A stretch of 30,153 nt of DNA from sequence record OQ473815.1; one strand, 5' to 3'. Position numbers and translations under genes: made by a program. Below, piece by piece: positions 1-8,484 of this stretch. Position 1 is the first letter of the stretch, and every line of letters begins with the position of its first letter. The notes below the pieces were generated by a model. It did no database searches. It was not told where the DNA came from and worked only from the letters and a program-made list of their open reading frames with translations.

Positions 1-77
1 CATCGTCTCCTCCTGAATCATTTTATCACTTGTGAGAATATGTAGCATCGTGGTATTTAAAGCTTTTGGTGACGCGC
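1..77. repeat. Left inverted terminal repeat (inner 77 bp only; truncated by window edge)
   Basis: Reverse complement matches 29324-29400 at 76/77 positions (only mismatch: 63 vs 29338); bases 1-3 (CAT) are the minus-strand ATG of the ITR gene. Confidence 0.95.
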
Positions 78-191
78 CATCTTTTCCATTATTGCTTCTC
101 TTATCCAGTCAGACCTTGTTATATTTCTTTCTGACGCTAGCTTGTCTATCTCTATCACGAGATCTGGGTCTAGCTTTATTGATATTATCAT
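57..191 (-). CDS. CopG-like ribbon-helix-helix transcription regulator, 44 aa (not in ORF track)
   Basis: Manual translation MIISIKLDPDLVIEIDKLASERNITRSDWIREAIMEKMARHQKL; classic RHH pattern; ATG overlaps upstream stop (TGATG). Confidence 0.88.
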   Translation of the reverse strand: MIISIKLDPDLVIEIDKLASERNITRSDWIREAIMEKMARHQKL

Positions 192-463
192 CAATCCTTT
201 AACACCTCGTTAAGTAACAATAACGCTAGTCTGTATTTTATCTCGTCCCTTATGTTTTTCCCAGACATCGAGTGGAACGTTCCTACATCATAAAGTTTTT
301 GTATTTCCTCTAACAGTATGTTTGGGTTCATCACTAGTTCCCCACCTCGGTATATTGTCCCATTTAACTCTTCTTTATCATCCACCTTTATTACAACGTT
401 TTGTGTTCTATCTTTTTGATCTCTTGTGTATATTATTTCAACTTTTCTTTTATCTTCGTTCAC
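191..463 (-). CDS. Hypothetical protein, 90 aa
   Basis: GTG start with GGTGA RBS 7 nt upstream and TTATATA box near 499-505; coupled to the RHH gene. Confidence 0.75.
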   Translation of the reverse strand: MNEDKRKVEIIYTRDQKDRTQNVVIKVDDKEELNGTIYRGGELVMNPNILLEEIQKLYDVGTFHSMSGKNIRDEIKYRLALLLLNEVLKD

Positions 464-557
464 TTTTATATCACCGGTATTATCTTTCTGACATGAGGTA
501 TATAAGTTTTTCTTTTATGTGGAAAACGATATAAACGTTTGTCTCTATTTATATTTT

Positions 558-1178
558 ATGAGTTCGTTTTATGAGATGATTAATAAGGCGATGAAGGAGA
601 GGGACAGTCAGTACGTTAGGAAGGAAGGTGAGGTCTACGTTACTGACATAGTTACATGCACTTTAAAGAGGAACGGTCAGTTTGACCTTGCGGTCCTTTT
701 CAGGGGCATAGCGCTACATGAGGGTACTCAGAAGTTCCTCTCCGATTACCTTAAGGGAAGTAAAGTTGAGGTTGAGAAGGAGGTCTCTAAGCGGTACGGT
801 GACCATTATCTAAAGGGTAGGGTTGACTTGGTGATTGATGGCGTTCCTTACGAGATTAAGACTGCGAACAAGTTACCGATCACTCCACGCATTGAACACC
901 TCTATCAACTCAGGATATACATGTACCTCCTTAACGTTGACGTGGGTAAGTTGGTGTACATAACTTTCAATGAGATTGATGAGTGGACTATAAATAAGGA
1001 TGAGGTGTACAACGAGAAGACTGGTCAGAAGCTCTTTCAACTCGTGTCTGTTGATGATAATAAGATACAGAAGTTGATTAATGACTTTGTTTCGAGAGAG
1101 TTGATAGCTCCTTTTCATGAATGTTTTGAATGTTATCTTGTTAACAAGTGTGAAAAAAGTTTAAAAGCTAGAAAGTAG
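558..1178 (+). CDS. cas4: Cas4-family (RecB-like) nuclease with Fe-S cysteines
   Basis: N-terminal Cys (VTDIVTC), GIALHE, GRVDLV, YEIKT, QLRIY, C-terminal CFECYLVNKC; ATG 558 preferred over 519. Confidence 0.9.
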   Translation: MSSFYEMINKAMKERDSQYVRKEGEVYVTDIVTCTLKRNGQFDLAVLFRGIALHEGTQKFLSDYLKGSKVEVEKEVSKRYGDHYLKGRVDLVIDGVPYEIKTANKLPITPRIEHLYQLRIYMYLLNVDVGKLVYITFNEIDEWTINKDEVYNEKTGQKLFQLVSVDDNKIQKLINDFVSRELIAPFHECFECYLVNKCEKSLKARK

Positions 1179-1188
1179 AATTAATGGT

Positions 1189-1515
1189 ATGTATGTCATA
1201 AGAATAGGTAGTGAAACAAGTAAAAAGTTAGAAATAATCAAGATACATTTTTTGGAAAAGAGTGGTAAGATGTTAAGAAAGAAGGAGATACTTAAAGGTA
1301 TAATAAGGGAGTACTTCAATGACGTTGACTTCAAGAGTAAGGTTGACGAATGCACCAAGGTTACTAATCTCAAGACTGAGAAGGGTGACGTTAACTTTAG
1401 CGTTGATGCGGAAATGAAGGTTATGCTCAGTAAGATCAAGGTAAACTTGGACGTTAGCGATAAGGTGGTGTCTCACTGTTTAGTTGAGAAGTACTACGAA
1501 CGTCTGCCCTTGTAA
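1189..1515 (+). CDS. Putative DNA-binding protein with two RHH-like repeats, 108 aa
   Basis: Two beta-alpha-alpha-like segments (YVIRIGSETSKKLE..KEILKGIIREY; VNFSVDAEMKVML..VVSHCLVEKY). Confidence 0.55.
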   Translation: MYVIRIGSETSKKLEIIKIHFLEKSGKMLRKKEILKGIIREYFNDVDFKSKVDECTKVTNLKTEKGDVNFSVDAEMKVMLSKIKVNLDVSDKVVSHCLVEKYYERLPL

Positions 1516-1519
1516 CCTT

Positions 1520-1750
1520 TCATTGATACCTTTTTTTTAGCTCTTCCCACTCTTCGTCAGTGAGTATGTTTATGAACTTAGTGTTCTTTACTCTAAATAT
1601 TAATGGGTTTCCTAGTATGTCAGTTGAGATCACGTTACCGTAATTGTCTATCTCATTAACTTCAAGTAAAAAAATTCGTATACCTATCATTACTCTAAGC
1701 TTTGATCCCTTAGTGATAACGTGTTCTCCATACCTTATCTCTTTTACCAT
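1520..1750 (-). CDS. Hypothetical protein, 76 aa
   Basis: ATG 1750 with GGTGA RBS upstream; follows the 1776-2132 gene. Confidence 0.7.
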   Translation of the reverse strand: MVKEIRYGEHVITKGSKLRVMIGIRIFLLEVNEIDNYGNVISTDILGNPLIFRVKNTKFINILTDEEWEELKKRYQ

Positions 1751-1775
1751 AAAAATCACCTTTAATTAAAAAAAA

Positions 1776-2132
1776 TTAACTAGAGTTCTTCTCACACATT
1801 GAGGGACTCGTTAGCATTAACATCTCAGTCTTGTACTTACTAGGTTGTTTCGTTACGCATACCCTGAAGCTCTTATCCTGTCCCAGTCCTCTCTCTAACA
1901 GTTGCCTCACTGTGTTCTCTACTGACTTTGATGTTGTGTATGCGGTAGCTTCCTTGAAGTATAGCCTAGTTACGTTATATGTATTTCCTTGGACTATCTC
2001 GGCGGACTCCAGTATTAGTACCTTCCCCACTAGGTCTCTTAGGTTCACCGCTTCCTCTAGGTCTACTATCTCCTTTGTGTCCCCTTTATCCTCGAGGTCC
2101 TCTAAGACCTCTGGTTTATCTTTCTTACTCAT
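1776..2132 (-). CDS. Hypothetical protein, 118 aa; possible OB-fold ssDNA-binding protein
   Basis: Acidic N-terminus, beta-rich core; own TATA box; divergent from helicase. Fold is a guess. Confidence 0.7.
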   Translation of the reverse strand: MSKKDKPEVLEDLEDKGDTKEIVDLEEAVNLRDLVGKVLILESAEIVQGNTYNVTRLYFKEATAYTTSKSVENTVRQLLERGLGQDKSFRVCVTKQPSKYKTEMLMLTSPSMCEKNSS

Positions 2133-2139
2133 GTTCTCT

Positions 2140-2245
2140 ACTATAGTGTATCCAAAAAATGCTATTTAAATTTATCGCATTAATCGAATGCATTAATGCT
2201 TACGTAAGAAAATGCTTAAATACATCTAGCTCTTAATATATATAT
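2140..2245. promoter_or_regulatory. Divergent promoter region with palindromic operator candidates
   Basis: TTTAAAT boxes near 2164-2171 and 2216-2222; perfect palindromes GCATTAATGC (2190-2199) and CTTACGTAAG (2199-2208); extra GCATTAAT at 2177-2184. Confidence 0.6.
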
Positions 2246-4120
2246 ATGTCCGAACTATCTGATCTTTTGCAAAAGTTTAACGTAACTAAGTTAAACACTT
2301 TTCAAGAGAAGGCTTTGATCGCCTTCTTAAAAAGTAAAAAGAACCTTATTTTATCCGCCCCTACAGGTACTGGTAAAACCCTTTTAATGGAGATGATGCT
2401 ATATTTAAACAATGGTAAAGGAGTCTACGTCTCACCGTTAAAGGCTTTGTGCGATCAGGTTGCTAACGAGCTAGGTAGAGTTACGAGCGTGCAAGAGTTG
2501 ACTGGTGACGTTTACTTAGATGACAGTTCTGACGTTAGCGCTAACGTTGTGGTCTCAACTTATGAAAAGATGGACTCTATACTGAGACGCCCTTACTCGT
2601 GGTTAGATGATATCTCACTTCTCATACTAGATGAAGTTCATAACATGCGTTATCAAAAACGTAGTGAAGCTATAGAACTTGTCTTAGCGTGGGCTTTAGA
2701 GCATGGAGTTAGGATAGTGGTAGGTAGTGCAACTATCGCTGGGCTTTCACGTGTAGAGAACTGGCTTAACGCTGAGATAATATCGCATGATACTAGGAGC
2801 ATTCCCTTATATGAGTTCGTAAAGTATGGTACAGTCTTGATTTCGTCTGATGGTAAGCGTTATCAGTTAGATCGTAGCGTGATTGACTTTATAATTGGAA
2901 AGGGTAAGAATTTGCTGATATTTGAAAGTACTAGGAAACTAGTGGAAAGCGTATACTACACGTTAAAGGGTAGATACGGCAATCAGGTAGAGATGTTTCA
3001 CGGCGGTATGGACTGGGATACTAGGAAAAAGATACTGAGTAAGATAGAGAGCGGTAACGCTAAGATAGTAGTGAGTACAACCGCATTAGGTCAGGGCGTT
3101 AACTTACCGTTCTATGCGGTATGGTTTAGATCAATGAAATTGCCGGAAATTGAAAATGGTAGATACAAAGGGTTTAGATATTTAGATGTTACAGAATATA
3201 AACAGATAGCGGGTAGGGCTGGTCGTCCCCGTTTTGATAAAGAGGGTATGGCGATAATTGAAGCTAAAAATGAGTGGGAAGCTAGATACTTTTTAGATAC
3301 ATATTTAAATGGTAGTATTGAACAAATTGATGGATATTTATCACTTTTCAAGTATATATTAGTACAATTGTCTAGGAGAGGTGTCGCCGATTTTAATCAA
3401 TTATATTCAGGGTTACGTTATACATTTTCACTTAAAGATGTTACACAGAAACAAATGTTAGATATGTTAGAAATAATGAGGTCGTTAGGATTGATATATT
3501 CAGACGGTGTTAATTACAGTATTGAAAAGTTTGGTACTGCGGTCGCATTTACATATTTAGATCTAGAAGATGTAAGATATTATAAAGATAAGTTTGAGAA
3601 AAAAGAATTTGACATATTAGAAGTAATTGCAAATTCGCCTAAAGTTAGAGAACAAAGTAAAAATAATGATGTATTGCCAATATTGGAATATTGGATAAAA
3701 GGTGATGATATTAATGCATTAACTAGATTTAGTAGTAATCTTATGGAAAAAGATATACAAAATATAATAGATATCGCCACATGGCAAGCATATTCAATTT
3801 ATTCACTTATGAAAGCATTAGATGATAATAGGCAATATATAGCGTTAAAAATGTGGTTGAGATTAGAACACGGTGTACCCGAAAATGCGTTAAATTTAGT
3901 TCAAGTTAGTGGAATTGGTCGTAAAATTGCTGTATTTTTAGCAAATAAAGGATATACTAAAAAATCTGAAGTGTGTAGTGATTTGTCAAAAGTAAAGGAA
4001 TTAATGCAAAATGATGAAGTAATGCAAAAACAATATTGGAGAGTACAACAGATTTGTGAAAAAACTACTAGAAAAGCAAAAAGGCAATTAAACGCTAAAA
4101 TAGAGAATTTTGATAAATAA
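2246..4120 (+). CDS. Superfamily 2 DExH helicase, Ski2/Hel308-like, with C-terminal HhH
   Basis: APTGTGKT, SPLKAL, STYEK, DEVH, SAT, FHGGM, STTALGQGVNLP, QIAGRAGR; VSGIGRKIA HhH. Confidence 0.95.
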   Translation: MSELSDLLQKFNVTKLNTFQEKALIAFLKSKKNLILSAPTGTGKTLLMEMMLYLNNGKGVYVSPLKALCDQVANELGRVTSVQELTGDVYLDDSSDVSANVVVSTYEKMDSILRRPYSWLDDISLLILDEVHNMRYQKRSEAIELVLAWALEHGVRIVVGSATIAGLSRVENWLNAEIISHDTRSIPLYEFVKYGTVLISSDGKRYQLDRSVIDFIIGKGKNLLIFESTRKLVESVYYTLKGRYGNQVEMFHGGMDWDTRKKILSKIESGNAKIVVSTTALGQGVNLPFYAVWFRSMKLPEIENGRYKGFRYLDVTEYKQIAGRAGRPRFDKEGMAIIEAKNEWEARYFLDTYLNGSIEQIDGYLSLFKYILVQLSRRGVADFNQLYSGLRYTFSLKDVTQKQMLDMLEIMRSLGLIYSDGVNYSIEKFGTAVAFTYLDLEDVRYYKDKFEKKEFDILEVIANSPKVREQSKNNDVLPILEYWIKGDDINALTRFSSNLMEKDIQNIIDIATWQAYSIYSLMKALDDNRQYIALKMWLRLEHGVPENALNLVQVSGIGRKIAVFLANKGYTKKSEVCSDLSKVKELMQNDEVMQKQYWRVQQICEKTTRKAKRQLNAKIENFDK

Positions 4121-4136
4121 TTTGTTTTGAGTGTAG

Positions 4137-4252
4137 TTATAAAGAGAGTTAATAATAAATGAAAGAAGCTATTTATCAATAGAGCTATTAATAAATGAAA
4201 GAATAAATTAAAGAAGCTATTTATAAAGAGAGTTATTAATAAATGAGAGAAG
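4137..4252. repeat. Degenerate purine-rich direct repeats
   Basis: TTATAAAGAGAGTTAwTAATAAATGArAGAAG at 4137-4168 and 4221-4252 (2 mismatches), third partial copy near 4188-4203; AAAGAAGCTATTTAT twice. Confidence 0.85.
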
Positions 4253-4312
4253 TGGGTATATACTTAAATAGTAATTTTTGGTAAATAATTTCTTTTGAGT
4301 ACACTTTTGTTA

Positions 4313-4501
4313 TAACGTTTTTATTTCTGTTTCGTTTTTAACTTTTTGATTTTGTCTAGTAGAGTAAAGGGGCGGGTAAGTAATAAAATAATTATAAAAG
4401 TAAGAAAATGACTACATATTTAAATAAATGATCACGATAAACACTTTTTTGTAACTTCACTTTTCTCTTAACGTTTTTATTTCTATTTCATTTTTAACTT
4501 T
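4313..4501. repeat. 33-bp T-rich direct repeat, two copies 156 bp apart
   Basis: TAACGTTTTTATTTCTrTTTCrTTTTTAACTTT at 4313-4345 and 4469-4501 (2 mismatches). Confidence 0.85.
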
Positions 4502-4851
4502 ATGTTTCTCTAAACTTATCTAATTTGTAACTTTTTGGCATATTTTATTATTAGATTATAATGCTATTTGTTCAGTAATAATATTACAAAATTTGAAAAA
4601 TTTTTTGTTTAGACTTTTTGAGTGATTTTTTAACAGATAAAGATTCCCTTAAAAAAATATTTCAAAAAATTTTTGATCTTTTTGGATAATAATTCAATAG
4701 GTATAATATTAAGTAGTAATCTTATTGTATTGTTTGTAGTTATTTTTGTTCTATTTTTAATATAATAGTGAGTTTATGATTGCGTTAAAGATATGGATAA
4801 TAACAAAGTTGAGATAAAAATAAGTTGAGAAATGAGAAAAAGGACAAAAAA

Positions 4852-4900
4852 GAGAAAAGTATATAAACGACAAAAGCAAAGAATATAGTAGTGGAAGTAT
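4852..4900 (+). promoter_or_regulatory. Conserved strong (probably early) promoter
   Basis: GAGAAAAG-TATATAAA ... AATATAGTAGTG; TATA begins 41 nt before ATG, same spacing as 7451-7499. Confidence 0.8.
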
Positions 4901-5509
4901 ATGTCAGAGCAGAATCAAGAAACAAATCAACAAAGATATGTTTTGGAAAACGGTTTTTTTATTCTGAGTGACGGGACTAGAGTCCCGGCTATTTCTCTCA
5001 GAAATATATGGAGCCAAATCCATAAAAGCTATGTAGAGTTAAATTACTTATACTCACTGAAAACGCAAAATTTCATAAAGGGAACTATAATTTATAATGA
5101 TGATAATGAGGACAATGACGGATATAACATAGGAATAAGATATAGATTAAGTTTAGGTGATTATATATGGTTCAAAACGAAAATATATAGGAATAGCAAA
5201 GCTATTGATGTTGAAGTATGTGACGCATATCTGAGGATTGATGACCCTGAGGCTTTAATGAGAGATGAATATGCGTCTTATGTCGAAAAAAGGGAATGTG
5301 TTAATTCACTTATTTACTATGAACAAATTAGTAAAATTGTTACCGACAATTTGGTTATCAAGAAGCTTTTGGATATCGCAAAGTCTTATATTGAAACTGA
5401 AAAAGACGATTTTGAAATACCGGAGATAAACTCTAGCGTCAACTACACATGGAGAGATTTTAAACAAGATATACTTTATTTACGACAACCTTATGACATG
5501 TTTGCTTAA
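4901..5509 (+). CDS. Paralogue 1 of uncharacterised ~190-aa family (candidate anti-defence protein)
   Basis: Shares VPAI, LYS..NF.KG, YR..LGDY, ECV.S..Y..QI, FEIP, W.DFKQ.IL.LRQP with the other three copies. Confidence 0.85.
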   Translation: MSEQNQETNQQRYVLENGFFILSDGTRVPAISLRNIWSQIHKSYVELNYLYSLKTQNFIKGTIIYNDDNEDNDGYNIGIRYRLSLGDYIWFKTKIYRNSKAIDVEVCDAYLRIDDPEALMRDEYASYVEKRECVNSLIYYEQISKIVTDNLVIKKLLDIAKSYIETEKDDFEIPEINSSVNYTWRDFKQDILYLRQPYDMFA

Positions 5510-5518
5510 AGTCAAACC

Positions 5519-5540
5519 TTTTTTTTATTTTTCTGTTTTC
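5519..5540 (+). terminator. Oligo-T terminator between convergent genes
   Basis: T8 run and further T tracts right after the 5509 stop. Confidence 0.55.
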
Positions 5541-5659
5541 TATTTTAGCTTTTAATTTTATCAGATAATATGATGATCTAACTATTTTTTAAAAATTAGC
5601 TTTATATTAAAAGACTAAATTAATACAGAAAATTAAGAAAATTATAAATAAAAAAAGAT

Positions 5660-6187
5660 TTAATCTAACTTTCTCAACTCCAATATTGCGTTTTTAATCC
5701 TTTGGTATGGTATGTATTCTTTGTATTCCAAAAAAGGAATTTGAAACTCAAAACTTTCACCCGCTAAAGCTCTCTTTACTATATTGATAATTTTTTGCAA
5801 TATCGGGTTTTCGCTATTCAATTTCCCTATTTCTTCTTTATAAAACACCGATACAGTTTCCTTAATTGTTATATCGTTTATCTTATAATATCTGTTTAAT
5901 ATCTCATCATAATCGTGAAGTTTAAACTCTGTTCTCTGTGCCACAAACCAATAATTCTTATATACACATTGGTATATCACTTTTAACTGTATGTATTCAC
6001 CGAATTGTATTCTATATTTTAATCTATATATTTTATTTTTTTCCTTTCTTATTATGGCATCAACGAAATCCCCCTTATCCTCAGAATAAAGAAGATCTAA
6101 AAAAAATCCGTAAGGATATAAATTAATTGTTGTTTCATAATCTCCCACTTTGGGGATTACGAAACCTTTATAGTGCATGCATTTCAT
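5660..6187 (-). CDS. Paralogue 2 of the ~190-aa family (most divergent)
   Basis: IPKVG, LLYSEDKGDFV, YRIQFGEY, SENPILQKI, FQIP, IKNAILELR; ATG 6187 matches promoter spacing. Confidence 0.82.
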   Translation of the reverse strand: MKCMHYKGFVIPKVGDYETTINLYPYGFFLDLLYSEDKGDFVDAIIRKEKNKIYRLKYRIQFGEYIQLKVIYQCVYKNYWFVAQRTEFKLHDYDEILNRYYKINDITIKETVSVFYKEEIGKLNSENPILQKIINIVKRALAGESFEFQIPFLEYKEYIPYQRIKNAILELRKLD

Positions 6188-6235
6188 TTTTTTCTCACTA
6201 CAATACATTACTTTTTATCTTTATAAGTCTTTTGT
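6188..6235 (-). promoter_or_regulatory. Conserved strong (probably early) promoter
   Basis: Minus strand AAAAGA-CTTATAAA-GATAAAAAGTAATGTATTGTAGTGAGAAAAAA-ATG. Confidence 0.75.
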
Positions 6236-6295
6236 TGTGCTTCAATTTTTAAACATGTTGATAAACTTAAGAATAAAGAAAAAATATAAGTTAAC

Positions 6296-6718
6296 TTACT
6301 GTATCTTTATTCCTTTTTCTTTTAGTTTCTCTATTATGTATTTATCTTCACAACACTCATTAAGATCTTCTTCATAACAATTTTCATTACAGTAATAGAA
6401 ATTTTCAGTGATTTCGTCTATTATTCTGTCAAGCATTTTTAATAATTCTCTTTCTTTCATATTTGTTTTAATATCAACGTCATATGTTGTATCGGGCATA
6501 TATGTTACGCCCTCACTTTGTATATTTTCACTGTACCTTATTGTAATTTCTAATAACGTTTCTTCATTATTTATAATATCTATACTAATATCAAGATCTT
6601 TATTATCTATATTGTATTTAATACTGTTTCTTATTAGTTTTAGAATATGTATAGTTTCTGAGAGTTGTAATACTGTATCTATCGTTATTTGATTTTCTTG
6701 AGTATTCACGTTTTCCAT
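6296..6718 (-). CDS. Acidic protein with C-terminal Cys cluster, 140 aa (candidate anti-defence protein)
   Basis: Own copy of the shared promoter; CNENCYEEDLNECCE motif; ATG 6718 preferred over GTG 6727. Confidence 0.8.
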   Translation of the reverse strand: MENVNTQENQITIDTVLQLSETIHILKLIRNSIKYNIDNKDLDISIDIINNEETLLEITIRYSENIQSEGVTYMPDTTYDVDIKTNMKERELLKMLDRIIDEITENFYYCNENCYEEDLNECCEDKYIIEKLKEKGIKIQ

Positions 6719-6766
6719 TTCTCTCACTATATTATTTTTCTCTTTTGTTACTTTTAAGCTTTTTGC
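6719..6766 (-). promoter_or_regulatory. Conserved strong (probably early) promoter
   Basis: Minus strand GCAAAAAG-CTTAAAAG-TAACAAAAGAGAAAAATAATATAGTGAGAGAA-ATG. Confidence 0.7.
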
Positions 6767-6821
6767 TTATTTCTTTATCTCACAATTGTGAATATAATCG
6801 AATGAAGCGAAAAGTAATAAT

Positions 6822-7388
6822 GTGAAAAAGAGCAAAATAGATTTTTTGATATCCAATAGCGGGTTAAAAGTACCCGCCATAGGTGTCGTTGAATACGATC
6901 AACACATATCTAAAAAATATCTAAAGTTACAATTCCTATACAGTGAAGAGAAAAATGACTTTGTTGAAGGACTAATAAGGAATGGTGAAGTTATTGGTGA
7001 CGTTGACAAAAAGATTAGATTTGATATATTGTATAGAATACCATTAGGCGAATATTTACTATTTGGTATAGAGAGTGCCGGAAACTATGACTATATGGTA
7101 TTTAGCATTTGCAAAATAAGAGTAAATGCCGATAATGTAGAACATTTGATATTTTCTGAGTTTAATGTTAGCGTTGAAAATGAGGAGTGTATAGCTTCTA
7201 ACGTTTATGCAAATCAGTTAGATAAGATAAGTTCTGAAAATAAACTTATTGATAAAATGTTGTATATAGCGAAATTTTACTATTATAATGACGTTGAGTA
7301 TCTTGAGATACCGAAAAATGAAAGCGGAGAGCATTACGAATGGAATGATCTGAAACAGTCTATCCTATACTTGAGACAACCTTTTTAA
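6822..7388 (+). CDS. Paralogue 3 of the ~190-aa family
   Basis: VPAIG, FLYSEEKNDFVEG, YRIPLGEY, ECIAS.VY..QL, LEIP, W.DLKQSILYLRQPF; GTG start; lacks the shared promoter. Confidence 0.85.
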   Translation: MKKSKIDFLISNSGLKVPAIGVVEYDQHISKKYLKLQFLYSEEKNDFVEGLIRNGEVIGDVDKKIRFDILYRIPLGEYLLFGIESAGNYDYMVFSICKIRVNADNVEHLIFSEFNVSVENEECIASNVYANQLDKISSENKLIDKMLYIAKFYYYNDVEYLEIPKNESGEHYEWNDLKQSILYLRQPF

Positions 7389-7450
7389 GCTTAGTTTATT
7401 TTTTTCCCTTTTATTCTTCTTCTTCTTTCGGTTTAACAGTGAAGTGAAAA

Positions 7451-7499
7451 GAGAAAGATATATAAACAATAAAAGAGTAAAGTATTATAGTGATAAGAT
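7451..7499 (+). promoter_or_regulatory. Conserved strong (probably early) promoter
   Basis: GAGAAAGA-TATATAAA-CAATAAAAGAGTAAAGTATTATAGTGATAAGAT-ATG. Confidence 0.8.
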
Positions 7500-8078
7500 A
7501 TGAGTCAACAAACACAACAAAACCAAATAGAAGAAACAGAATTTTTTAATGAATACGATAATTATCTTATTCCTAAAGTGGGGATTCTAGTTAGACAGAA
7601 TAAAATTTATGACGATAACTTTACTGTCTCACTATTGTACTCATTAGACAAAGGCGATTTTGTTAACGGTTACGTTATACCTTTCAAGAATGATGATAGC
7701 ACTATAACCTATAACGTGTTTTATAGAGTTCTATTAAAACAATACGCTCTATTTAATTTATATTATGTTAAACCATACGATTACTATACTGTAGAATTAT
7801 GTCTAATAAACGTGAAGACAGACGATATTAGAGACTTATATATTGATGAGGAAAAAGTTAATTATGAAACTATTGAATGCGTTAGCTCTAGAGTTTACGC
7901 ATATCAACTACATAATATAAAATCGGATAACACAACAATAGAGAAGATATTAGAGTTACTGAGATCTCACACGTTTACTTTTGAAATTCCTCACGTTCAA
8001 CAACCCACTAAAGTGGAATGGCATGATCTCAAGCAATCAGTCCTTAGATTAAGGATACCATTCGATCTAGAAGCTTAA
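7500..8078 (+). CDS. Paralogue 4 of the ~190-aa family
   Basis: IPKVG, LLYSLDKGDFVNG, YRVLLKQY, ECVSS.VY..QL, FEIP, WHDLKQSVLRLR.PF; Gln-rich N-terminus like paralogue 1. Confidence 0.87.
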   Translation: MSQQTQQNQIEETEFFNEYDNYLIPKVGILVRQNKIYDDNFTVSLLYSLDKGDFVNGYVIPFKNDDSTITYNVFYRVLLKQYALFNLYYVKPYDYYTVELCLINVKTDDIRDLYIDEEKVNYETIECVSSRVYAYQLHNIKSDNTTIEKILELLRSHTFTFEIPHVQQPTKVEWHDLKQSVLRLRIPFDLEA

Positions 8079-8110
8079 TTTTTTGTCTAGTCTTCATGAT
8101 GGTGATAGAT

Positions 8111-8458
8111 ATGTCCACACCTCAAGATAAAAAAACAAGAAGTTCCCCCGAATGTGTTTATTTTGAATTCGATCCTTTCAAAATACCTAAAGACGTACAA
8201 AAGGAAATAATTTTTAGTTTTCTTAATAAAAGCCGTGGTAGGGTCAGAGTGAACACAAGTTACGTTACCAATCCTAACGGCGTTTCTGAAGAGATAGCTT
8301 TAGTGAAAATGGTAGTGGGAAGAACTAGTCACTTGTTCGCTTACTTTAGTGCCAGTGCGATGAGAGAAGTGTTAAAGAACGCCGAATACTATCTAGAGAA
8401 AAAAGAGGAATGCGCCGATATCAGTTTTGAAGTGTGGAGAAGAAAGGTTAAAAGTTAA
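8111..8458 (+). CDS. Hypothetical protein, 115 aa
   Basis: ATG 8111 with GGTGA RBS at 8101-8105. Confidence 0.75.
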   Translation: MSTPQDKKTRSSPECVYFEFDPFKIPKDVQKEIIFSFLNKSRGRVRVNTSYVTNPNGVSEEIALVKMVVGRTSHLFAYFSASAMREVLKNAEYYLEKKEECADISFEVWRRKVKS

Positions 8459-8484
8459 CCCTTTTTCTTTAACATAAAAGTAAA

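Noticed and set aside
480-494. Four-codon upstream ORF (MSER*) before the 191-463 gene
   Set aside because: Its ATG is only about 5 nt from the TATA box, so it lies upstream of the expected transcription start
4361-4381. G-string as a host-type ORB (Orc1/Cdc6) box
   Set aside because: Lacks the TCCA...GAAA part of the ORB consensus; single copy
4137-4501. Direct repeats as a viral mini-CRISPR array
   Set aside because: Repeats are degenerate and partly overlapping, lack the GAAAG/GAAAC end, and have no uniform 35-45 nt spacers
5723-5747. GTATTCCAAAAAAGGAATTTGAAAC resembles a Sulfolobales CRISPR repeat (possible mini-array or decoy)
   Set aside because: Single copy, imperfect 3' end, and fully explained as coding sequence (FEFQIPFLEY) of paralogue 2
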